The notes beneath the pieces are model-generated. The model ran no database searches and was not told the DNA's origin. It saw only the letters and a program-made list of their open reading frames with translations. The position numbers and the translations under genes were made by a program. This document shows, one piece after another, positions 52,968-64,000 of a stretch of 64,000 bases of DNA. The stretch comes from Eledone cirrhosa (taxonomy: Eukaryota), in NCBI GenBank assembly GCA_964016885.1, contig OZ024743.1:348936001-349000000 (forward strand), in the 5' to 3' direction. Position 1 is the first letter of the stretch; each line of letters begins with the position of its first letter.

Positions 52968-53570
52968 GGTGGCTGCCAACTCGTTTTCGAGTACGGCCAC
53001 TACTTTATATCCATGTAGGAGAACTCCTACCAATGCGCTGAACGAGTGACTTTTTAGTCCAGCCAGCGACTTGAAAACTCTGGTACAAACACTACACTTG
53101 TGACAATTATTGACACATAGTGCTGGGCCCATGGTACCATGTGACGACAAGTGCAGAGAGATCTCCAGATATAAAGCAATGCCTGTGCCGTGAAGCTTTT
53201 ATAGTGAGCAAAGGCACTGCACAAAGCCAGTCCCACACTCTTAACCAAGATGATATTTACCAAAAAGAAGAACAAGTCAACATCATTGGATACCATCAGA
53301 GTTGCAGGTGTTATATCAGAGTTTTCCTTCTCCTAGAATTCTGCCTTGACAAAGGCTAAGAGGTCATCTCTCCCGGTGATTTTGGATGGCCATTGACTCT
53401 TAAGAGCTCCTTTGCCCTTTGACAGGTTTTGTTTTTAGTCCTGCAGGATGTCCAAAGTCACCCTCCTCACCAAGAAACCTTGGTGGGATTGCCAGTTTAA
53501 TCGCCAAAACCCAACCATGAGACAGGTTGTACTGGGATACATGTTACCAGTAGCACCAACTGGTAACCTG
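52968..53570 (-). mobile_element. Short RTE-derived element (5' UTR-like block joined to a 3' C2H2-coding end) within (ACAT)n
   Basis: 5' block matches 20445-20900; HKCSVCTRVFKSLAGLKSH near the 3' end. Confidence 0.6.
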
Positions 53571-54159
53571 ACATACATACATACATACATACATACATAC
53601 ATACATACATACATACATACATACATACATGTTTACATATATGCATACATATACGTATATTATGTCGAAAATAATTGATATTTTGGATTTTTTTCATTAC
53701 GTAGTTTTCACAAAAACACAGAGATAAAGGATGTTTAAAAAAAGGGAAAATGGATTTGATAAAAGTGAGATAATGAATGGATGGATATAGGCATATAGAC
53801 AAAAAAATAACGTCAAGATGAATACAATGAGAGAAGGACAGAATGGTTGAGGCATGTAACAAACGAAAGAGACACATAGGAATATAGAGACAAATATTAT
53901 CCCCCTTTCATTCTCACCGTTTTAGTTGCGTATCTTTCTCTTACAAATATGAGACGGAAGAATTTTAAGATTCAGTGAAAAAGTGAGTTCGAAGAAGGGG
54001 AAAAAAAATAATACGATAAGAGAGAAAGAAAGATGGGGGTGAAACACAGATATCTATTGAGAAATGAGGCGATGAGATGAATGAGAGGGGAATCAAGACA
54101 GCGAGAAGACACACAAAAAGGTGTTACATGATCAGAGGGTGATACGTCAAGAAAGAGAA

Positions 54160-54402
54160 ACAGGGAGAGAGAGATTGAGTGAAGGAGAGAGAGCGAGGGG
54201 TAAGAGAGAGAGAGAGAGGGAGTGATAGTTTGAGTGAGGGAGAGATAGTGAGGAAGAGAGAGTGAGGGGCGAGAGAGAGATAGAGGGAGAGAGAGCGAGG
54301 GGTGAGAGAGAGAGAGGGAGAGAAGAGAGGACGTGTTACATTAGGAAGGAAGTAGAGACATGAAGAACGGGAAATCCTTAAGTGAGAATGGAAGCAGAGG
54401 GG

Positions 54403-54455
<53 letters not shown>

Positions 54456-54500
54456 GTGAGGGAGAGAGAGAGAGATAAAGAGAGAAAGAGAGGGAGAGGT
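54160..54500. repeat. (GA)-rich low-complexity tract
   Basis: Direct reading. Confidence 0.9.
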
Positions 54501-55080
54501 GTGCTATAGATGAATGAGATGATACGAATGATGAAGAAAGATAAATAAGAAGTAAAGCTTCGATTGTACTTGAATGAAATACTGGCGTAAAGACGGTATG
54601 AGAGAATATTGAATGTTAATCAGAATAAAAGAGAGGAAGGATAAATAGAGAGAGAGAGAGATAGAGAGAGAGAGAGAAAAACACAAAGTGTATATATGTA
54701 TGTGTATATCTGTATGTATATGTGTGTGTGTAGAACGCTGAAGAATAAGATATAGCTGGGTGAGAGACACTGTCGACCTACAGCCATCATCTTCTGACAT
54801 GTCAGATTGAAGTGAAGACAAGAGATTTAGTGAGTGTAAAGTATAGATGTGTGATATATGTATGTGCAAGCACATTGTGTATCATGCACAGAGATAAAAT
54901 AGGGTGAGATACTTTATCATTTCTTTAGCTAAGTAGTGTCTTAATTGACCAGGTAATGGGGACAATACATCATTTATTTAGAAATACACACACGCATACA
55001 CATATACATCATTAATCAGCGGTAGATCTCTGATATCTATTATGAGCTAGCCAATTATCAAATCCGGAGTATTTATAAAA

Positions 55081-57000
55081 TATTATTATTATTATGATTA
55101 TCATCATTGTTATTTTTATTTTCTTTCATTATTGTTTCTGAGATATATGCCGAGTGTCTTCTTGGCACCTAGGGCAAATAAATTCAGTGTGCATTGGTAA
55201 GCCAGTTAATGCAGCACATTGATTATAATAAAAAAAAAACAGTATACATATATACACATGTGCATATGCATATGTAAATACAAGGAGGGGTATCAATCTC
55301 ACAGAGATAGTGCTCTTCTCAATATGTGTGCAGTACCAGTCAAAACAATTTTTTTGCACCTCGTGCAGAGAGGGTAAACCAGGAATCATTCGTAATTATT
55401 GTTCTGTTCCTTTCTTGATCATTCCCAGTCCTCCTACAATCACTGGTATTGTAACGACCTTGAGGTGCCACATTTTCTCAATTTCAATAAGCAGATCTTT
55501 ATATTTTCGTAGCTTGTTAAATTCCTTTGCCGCGATATTGTGATCACATGGGATGCTCCTATCTATCAACAAACAGACATTGTTATGTTGATCTTTTATA
55601 ATGATTCCAGGGAAGTCCCAGAGAATTGTTACTTTTTCTCCTTCAGTTACAGCCTCAGGGTAATGATTGTACCACTTGTGTTCAGCTTTGATTTTGTAAT
55701 GCGGATATATTACCCAGTGTAGATATTGGCCAACTCTGTCATGTCAATATTTGTATTCTACTGGTGCTAAAATTTTACATCCAGAGACAAAGTGATCAAC
55801 TGTTTCATTGCAGAATCGGCACTTTGGGTTTATTCCGTTTCTCATCACATTGGCCTTGTAATTCAATAAGTTTTCATCTTGGGCAGCTAAGATGAAGCCT
55901 TCACTCACCGCCTTTAGCCCTGAACTACGTAGCCACTGATGGGTGTGCTTTTGGTCAACATCAGCTTGTCTGCTACGGGCCACATATTTACTATGCAGAG
56001 GTTTCTGCTCCCAATGTGATGCTAATTGTCCTTGCCCTTTTGCTTTTGCCAGTGATTTTATGCGCCTGGCAGCATCAGTTGCAACAGTTTATTTAGTCTG
56101 CCCAGCCTGGCTATCAAGCATGAGATCAGTAGCATATTTTTTGCTCTCCTTCAAGATAGAATGAAGCTTCTTACTTCTCTCATGTTTTCAACAAGTTTCA
56201 GCATACAGTCGTTAGTTGTTTCAAGGTATTTGGCCAGTCCAATGATGGCGGTCTTGTAAGCCAGTTCAAATTGGATCAGGCCAAGGCCTCCTTGAGTTTG
56301 TAAAGACGATCCACATATGCTTTTGGGTGGTGCATCCTATTACAAGTCAATAGTTTACAGACTTTGGTGTCAATTCTTTTGATTTCACTCATATTCCATT
56401 TCAACACACCGAAGCTATAAGTGACAACTGGGACTGCCAAGGAATTTATGGCTAGCACCTTGTTACGGGCGTTTAGTTCTGATCTCAGAACTGTACGTAC
56501 TCTCCTGTAACATTCATTCCCTATCCTCTCTTTCATACTTGCTTGCGCTATGCCAGAGCCCTCATTAATCCCTAAGTATTTATAGGTTTGTTCCTGCTCA
56601 AGCTCCTTTATGATTGTTTCAGCATCCAATTCAACTGAGTCTGAGTTGTCAACCTTCCCCTTCTTGAAAGTTGCTTTTGCACACTTGTCAAGTCCAAACT
56701 CCATCCTGATGTCATCGCTAAACGTTTTTACTATCCGCAAAAGGCCTCCCAGTTCGTCTTTATCTTTGCAATATAGCTTCAAATCATCCATATAAAATGT
56801 GTGGCTTATTTTATTGTTGTCACTTCTATAACCGTAGCCTGTTCTATTAAGCTCGGATGTAACGGGTATTAAAGCTATGCAGAAAAACAAGGGTGAAAGT
56901 GAGTCACCCTGGAATATACCACAGTGATTCCAAGAGCACAGTATCCCAGTGGAATGAGACAATTGGAGATTTGTGTTCCATAATGACATATTGTGTTTCA
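55081..57000 (-). mobile_element. Dong/R4-clade non-LTR element, second family, 5'-truncated, ending in a degenerate (TAA)n
   Basis: GIFQGDSLSP, YMDDLKLY, FGLDKCA, YKYLG, HHPKA.VDRLY, EGFILAAQD, CRFC..ETVDH..SGC. Confidence 0.9.
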
Positions 57001-57141
57001 GGAAGTTTGAGATATATATGCACCCTTCACATCTTCAGCCACAGAGATGTTTGCATAATAATTAGTCGGATTTTTGATTAAACAGAACTATCCCCGAAAT
57101 GAACAGTGTGTTTTCCGATCTATGTCGCTTTCTTTTCTTCA

Positions 57142-57285
57142 AATAATTGTTTCTACTTTATGGCACAAGGCCAGCAAATACCTAGTACATTACTGGTACT
57201 TTATTTTATCGGCCCCGGAATTATGGCAAGGGCCGTAACTCTATGCGTAAAAGCATGGCGTCCGACCCTCTACCGATACTGCCAG
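57142..57285 (-). mobile_element. SINE S1 with an internal deletion
   Basis: Head and tail match S1; B box and core partly missing. Confidence 0.8.
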
Positions 57286-57879
57286 CGATTGAAATGGGTA
57301 AATATATAAAAAATATTTATGCAGTTCTCACAACTAGTGTCAGATTATTTGTAGAGATAAGTGGTGAAATAATTTGTCGAATATTCGTGTTAGGGAATAC
57401 CAGATAAAACAACACTTACACCTCGAAATAAGCAACGTGTCGTCGCCGATCTACGACTGTTTCTCTTCTTGAAATAGTTTTTTTCTTTAAGTTCAAAGAG
57501 CGAACGTCTGTATATCTGCATGTTTTTTTTGTGGACATTTTTCGTTGTGTTTATAATACATGTATGTGTAATATAATCAATAGAGTTTGTTACTTACATA
57601 TATCGTTTCTCTTTTTGATTTGATTTAAAATTCTGGGTAGTGGTGCGGCTGATCTTCAGTTTCTTTATTTATACATGTGGCCCGATATTTTAATGAAAAA
57701 AATTATGTTATCAGGACGATCCGTTTTATTTTTTGTAGGGTTCTTTGGTAATCGTACATTGTTTCCACTTCGTTTTCTTAGTGTTTTTATTATTGTTTTG
57801 TCGATGGTGTTCGATTTATTTCAAGTCTTGTGGGGAGCTTCATTTTTATTGTTTATATATATATATGTTTCTATGTCCT

Positions 57880-58030
57880 TTTTCTTTTTCGTTTCTTATA
57901 TAAATAAGAAAAATCTTTACAAGCACAAAACCCACATCGTACCCTCCTGTACCGTCCTGTGCCGCCTGTAATGTTTTTCTTGATGTCATCCCTTGTGGCC
58001 AATAAAGAAATTATTATTATTATTATTATT
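57880..58030 (+). mobile_element. Tx1 3' UTR stub with (TTA)n
   Basis: TGTACCGTCCTGT..CCCTTGTGGCCAATAAAGAAA(TTA)n. Confidence 0.75.
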
Positions 58031-59004
58031 CAGCCTCTACTAGAATGTCTTCAGGCGCTCACGGCCCTCAACCAGTCGGGCAATGTAATCTTTGGAAACT
58101 CCAACTTGGCGTTCTATAGAGGATTAGTGGAAGGGAAGAACGACGACGTACATGGGGAAACTCTAGGCATCGACGAAAATCAACTAGCCAATCTCTTCGG
58201 AAGAACTTTCGGGCCAGAGCCTAAGGACAATTTTCAGAAATCCCTGGCCTGGCAGTGCTACCGAGGCGCTTTGTCAGTTCGGGATAAACTCTACAGGCAT
58301 GTCCGGGATGCGCGCAGTGCGACGAAACCGTCCTGCATGCACTCGTCCAGTGTCCGAGCATTGCTGACTTGTGGGTTTATGTCGAACACCTGTTGTCGCG
58401 TGTAGAACGGATCCGGCTATCAGCTGAGTCCATCGTGAGGATTGCCCCGCCCTCATCCTTTAGCCGGGAAGGGCAGGCAGTTGTTATCTGTCTGGTGGCT
58501 ATGGCGAAAGAGATAGTATGGTGGACACGTCTGAAAGGGCTGAAGACGAACACTTACCTCTTCGGTGATACCCTGATTAACTTTTTCAAATATCATTTGA
58601 AATGGAAAATCAGGGTAGAGAGGGAAGTGCTCTCTTCCCAGCATTTTGTTGAAAGATGGGTGAGAGAGGCAAGAATGGCCCGAGTGTTGAAAAATTCCCC
58701 AATACTCTGAGTATATGCCTTTAAACTTAAGGTGGAAAACTGGGAGACGGCACTTGGCCTGGTGGTCAGGATCACCGTGGCTTTTTGAATGGGCTTTCTC
58801 CACAATGGCCCTCGGAAGTTTCCCCCCTATTGGGAAATCTTTCATTGTTCTTTTTTGTTACATCCTTTGTTTTTTTGTTTTTTTACACGCAGAAATGCCC
58901 ATTTGTACCGTCCTGTATTGTCCTGTACTGTCCTTAATGTCTACTTTGTGTAAACCCTTGTGGTTAATAAAGAAAGCATTATTATTATTATTATTATTAT
59001 TATT
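58031..59004 (+). mobile_element. Tx1 3' fragment, A/B family
   Basis: Near-identical to ~820-1793; (TTA)n tail. Confidence 0.92.
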
Positions 59005-61679
59005 CTGGCATATTTACGTAAAGCTCGTAGGATAGGCCATCCAAACCGGGTGACTTGCGCTTCATGCTGCCGACAAGGGCGGCCTGAATTTCGGCTCAAG
59101 TAATCGGCCTTTCGCAGCGCTCAGCGTCGACCGTCGAGATGCGCGGCAAGTCGTCAAGGTAGGGACTGACATCCGCTACTCTCTCTGACTCGCCACTCTC
59201 CCCGAACAACCGAGAAAAGTGCTGGCGATTACGCTTGGAATTGCTTATCTCGTGTCCGTCTCGGTCCGCCAGAGAGCGTATTGTGGTTTTATTACCACGC
59301 TGTGCCTCCGCCATGCGGGCCCATCGAATAGATTTGTTTCCCTCGTTTCTCAGCGCACGCGCCTTAGCTCTGACAATGCAACCTTCGTGTTTCGCATTGA
59401 AGAAATGGTCTAATGCCATTCTCGCTACTAGCACATCAGTTGCAATGCCACTACAAATAGCCTCGTCTAACTTATCTACCAGTTTGTTCTCCGATCTCCT
59501 CGAAGCACTCTAATGCAACTGGCAGATGAATGGGAGTATTCCCAGTTCTGTGAGCAGGGGAGTGGTGACACTGATAAAGAAAGACGAGAACAAGAGGGAT
59601 ACATTAGACAACTTCAGGCCCATAACTCTGCTCAACACAGAGTTTAAGATTTTGGCCAAGGTGTTAGCAAAGAGATTGGCGCTTGTCATCGAGGATTTGG
59701 TTAGGGAGGCGGAAACTTGCGCAATCCCAGCCAGGTCTATACACGACAATCTCCACCTCATGCGATACATCATAGAGAGGGTAGGGTGTAAACCTGTCTT
59801 CGGTGGAGCACTGATCAATTTAGGTCAATCGAAAGCATTCGATAGGGTCGACCATCGGTATCTGGAGTTTGTCCTCAAAGCGGCTGGCTTCGGCCCTGTC
59901 TTCAGAAGCTGGATCGCTGCAATGCACAGCGTCAAGGTTAATGGCCACCTCTCGGATTCAATTCGGCCTTCTCTCTTCCCTTCTGTACGTATTGACTCTC
60001 GAGCCTTTACTGCGGACGCTGGGCATCCCGCTCGAACCGGGACGTGGGAAGGCGGTGTCGGCTTATGCGGACGACATCACTGTGATGGTTTCGGACACCT
60101 CAGAAATCGAGGTGGTCGGTACCTTATTGAAGGAATAGGAAAGGTTGATAGGAGCCAAACTTAGGCCGGAAAAGTCAGTGGGCTTGCAACTCTGAACCTG
60201 GAGAGGCAAGCCTATGCCGTCCAACAGCGTCGTGGGGCGCTGGACGGACGGACCGGTTATGTTGCTCGGGGTTTGGTTTGGACCAGACCTCCAGGTGGAA
60301 AAGAAATGGGACGAGGTAACGAGCAGAGTAGCCAGTCTCACCCAAAAATGGGCTGGGAGGAAGCTATCACTGAAACCTCGCGCGGAGGTGGCGAATGCGT
60401 ACATCGCATCCGTCATCTACTACCGCCTGACAGTCGTGCCTTGACCCCGTCCTCGCCTCGTCAATTTGGAACGGCTCCTCTTCAAATTCTTGTGGAGGGG
60501 ACAAGTTCCCTTGGTTAGGCGGTCCATCTGCTGTCAGCACCCTCTACGCGGAGGGCTGTGCATGCGTGGCTAATGATGCGCAGACATGCATTGAGGCTGC
60601 GACATCTCCAGATATTCTACCTAAACGGTGAACAGTTGTGGTCGCCGTTTATCAGACGGGCCTCTCCGCAGATCGTTTCATTGACTGAGCTGCTGTCCTG
60701 GCTCAAGTAGAGACCAAGACTGGGTGACTGGCACCTGGAATGTTGCCAGGCACTAACTGCTCTCTACCAAGCGGGCAATGCGATCAGTGGAACTTCCACT
60801 CTCTGGTTCTATAGATGATTAGTGGTGGGTAAGTGCGATGACGCACTCGGAGAAGCTTTGGGCCTCGACGAAGTCGAACTGACCAGTCTGTACCGGATGA
60901 CTTTTGAGCCGGGAACGATGGACAATTTCCAGAAATACCTCGGTTAGCAGTGCTACCGGGGGGCACTGCCGGTTCGGAATAAACTCTACAGGCGAGGAAG
61001 TGCTGTCAGACGGACCTGCCCGAAATGCGCACAGAACGACGAAACCGTTCTGCACGCACTTGTCCAATATTCGTGCATTACTGACTTGTGGAGTTATGTT
61101 GTCGCGTGTAGAGCAGGAAATTTTCCTCTGTCTGGTGGCCGTTGAGAAAGAGATTATATGGTGGACCAGATTAAAAGGACTGAAGACAGACACTTTTCTC
61201 TTTGGCCAATCCCTTATCAACTTCTTCAAGTTTCACCTGGAAAGGAAGGTGAGGGTGGAGAGAGAAGTGCTGCCCCCCAGTACATTTGCTAAAAGGGGGA
61301 TGAATGTGGCGAGAATAGCCCGTGTTAATGTGCCTTCTCTGACCATGCGCCTATAGGCTAGCTAACTTGAGGAGAGGGTGCTCTGCCTGGGTGCCCTAGA
61401 AGCGCAGGGTGGTTCAGGATTGGTGGGGTACCTGAGTCACTCCAGGGTCGTCCACCCCCTATCGGGGAATTTATTTTGTTATGTTTCGTTATGCAGTTTA
61501 TTTTATATTTTTTATATCTTCATTGTTAAATTAGTCTTGTCATTGTGCACTTTTACTCTACCTTATTGTAAACCGCCACTGTCCCTGTCTTTGTATTGTC
61601 CCCTACATCTCGGCCCTTGTGACTAATAAATGAAATCATTATTATTATTATTATTATTATAATTATTATTATTATTATT
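59005..61679 (+). mobile_element. Tx1 copy E, 5'-truncated with an inverted 5' segment (59005-~59483)
   Basis: Minus-strand KLVDKLDE..SPGLDGLSYELYVNMP joined to plus-strand LFSDLLEAL*CNWQ..RT..3' UTR (TTA)n. Confidence 0.9.
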
Positions 61680-64000
61680 GGCGACCTACGTAGGAAATCG
61701 TATTAACGTCAGATCCGCAAAGGTTTGTTGTTTTCAGTTGTTTAAAATTGCCATTTATGGAAACTTTTTATTGTTAACTATTTATAAGTGCACATACCTT
61801 GCTTTCTGAAAAGGACACTCAAAAAGATTAGGGCCTTGAGCCCAAAATTTAAACTTTTATAATTATCAAACAAAAAATTTCTTTGAAAAAATCATGGCCG
61901 ACTCACAGCCACACCTTCCTCACCATCTAACACCTCACAACGACACCACCATTGTAAATATTACTACGTTTGCCAACACTAAAAATATAAGCAGTAGCAA
62001 TAATTTAAATTTGTCTCATGCAGACATTCATTTCCCCCCATTACAAATGACTGCAGGTGTTGAAGCCACCAACCCACCACTACCACAGCGACAACAGAAA
62101 CAAAAGAAAAAAATAAATTATCTCGTGACATCGAAATGGATTCACCCAGAAGGGACTCTTCCACAGCGAACACCACTGACGCCACCATGACCACAACTGA
62201 AACTAAAAATAACAGTAACAAAAGTAACAATAATAACAACAGCAACACCAAAAATTATAATAACAACAACGTGTCATTTGCCAAAGCAGCAAAAAAATGC
62301 GAAACAATCCAGGTAACTCAGGAGGAATTAGATGAAGTCAAGACAATGGTAAAGAAAGATGGGTACAGGGTCAGCCCCCCACCCCACACACACACACCTA
62401 ATAAAATGGAGCATCGTCGCCAATGCACCGTGTCTTATCGGACAATTAACATAAAATCGGGCCGAGTAGAACGGGCATCCGAGTCCCAAATCCCAAAATG
62501 TTTGGGACATGTGTGGGCAAATGAACCCTACATCAGACGTGGGCAGAAATAAGGAACCGTGGACGTGTTCTTTGGAACACCACACGGGGCCAGAGAGCAC
62601 TCCATGGCCCCATTAAGAAGTGACGACTTCACACTCGTCCCAAGCTATTGTCGCCAGAGATTCGTAATGATCAGGGTGACCCACGTGCCACCAGCCATCG
62701 AAACTCCCTGGCTAATGGCTGCCGTCCTCGCCGGTATCAAGGCCAACACCAAAATAATAGAAATAGCGAAATAAAAGAAGGACAACTGGTCCGGATCTGG
62801 GATGGAGCTCTTGACCCAAGCGGACCAAAAAAGCATTGAAGAGATCCCAGAGGTAATACACCTCACTTACGGCAGGCACCTCACCGTAATCGTCGAGGGT
62901 AGAAGGCCTAGGTGTGTCGTTTGTGGTGAAGGAACCCACCTAAGATCTTTCTGTCCTCAAGAAAGAAGTTGAGGCTACCTCTCTTACCCACCCCAGTGAC
63001 TCAACACCACCATCAACACCACCAGCAGCAGAAATGGCAGCAACAACTGTAGCAGCAACAACCCCAGCAACAGTAGCAAAACCAACACCACCACCACCCA
63101 ACGCACCATAACTATCACCAGCGCCTACACCATCCACCACGCCACAACCAAAACCAGCGCCTGTGGAGGATTTCCCACTCCCCGACCTATCGCAGCTGGA
63201 GACAGATTGTGACGATGAGTAGTGGGATACGGTATCAGGAAAAAAGAAACAAAAGAAAAAGAAGCCAAAAAAGAAAAACATTATCTTCCTTCCGCCTCCA
63301 AAAACAAAATACAGAAGGAAACAAATAAACTATCAAACAAAAAAGTTAGCACAGCTATGCCACCATCCACACCAGAATCACCAACCCCATCACCACAAAG
63401 AGCATCACCATCACCATCATTAACCCCAACACCACCATCACCAACACCACAAAAGTCACCAAAAAGCGAAACAGAAATAAACCCACAACAAATGCAAACA
63501 AAACAAAACAACCCAAACGATACACACTACACAACATTAAATTTGAGGAACAACCAACTATTACACTACATCCAACACAACACCAGCATCACAGAAAAAG
63601 ACTACACAACAACCCAAAAGTTCACACCACCTCCACACATACAAATCACTCGCACCACACAGAAAACGTACACGACACTAAAACAAAAATTCCCCAAAGA
63701 CATCGGAGACTTCCGACAAGCACTCTCCAGGAGGATTTATAAGGACATCCTTCCGGAGGAGGCCACAAGCAGTGAAAAGGGATGGAAAAACCATCCTTCC
63801 TCTACGAGAAGTAAGGTAAGTGGTCTTTCCCATCTTTTCCACTCTATTTCAACATGAGCTCACTCAGAATAGGCAGCATAAATTCGGGTGGCTTTGGGGC
63901 GTCATGGAATCAGGGTCACCTGCTCAACGACCTCAGGTCTCAAAACATAGATGTAGTGGCCATCAGCGAGACCAGAATCTCCGAAGCACGTGTCTTCGTA
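61680..64000 (+). mobile_element. Tx1 copy F, 5' part: UTR, broken ORF1, start of ORF2 (runs off the window)
   Basis: ORF1 pieces homologous to copy B, CVVCGEGTHLRSFC knuckle; ORF2 from 63854 MSSLRIGSINSGG..DVVAISETR (APE N-terminus). Confidence 0.88.

Overview
AT-rich eukaryotic intergenic or intronic DNA with no supportable host gene. The SINE types and the (TA)n/(CA)n/(TTA)n/(ACAT)n load suggest a cephalopod such as Octopus (inference). The window is mostly decayed retroelements: Tx1/L1-clade LINEs stacked head-to-tail in (TTA)n tracts (1-7.4 kb, 57.9-64 kb) plus a solo copy at 30-36 kb, R4/Dong-type LINEs, RTE remnants, several Penelope-like elements (PLEs) and many tRNA-derived SINEs. 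The main hidden signal is RNA-structural: about 14 type I hammerhead ribozyme (HHR) motifs, intact or degenerate, read by eye. Some lie in PLE pseudo-LTRs (pLTRs). Others define two non-coding tandem-repeat families (monomers ~496/513 bp and ~318 bp) that look like retrozymes and show the tandem-plus-inverted layout typical of PLE insertions; one has a U3-A8 core variant. Also notable: a SINE+Tx1 fusion inside a single 17-bp target-site duplication (TSD), a SINE tail resembling the Tx1 3' end, and a twin-priming-type 5' inversion in a Tx1 copy. All folds and alignments were done by eye and none was computed.
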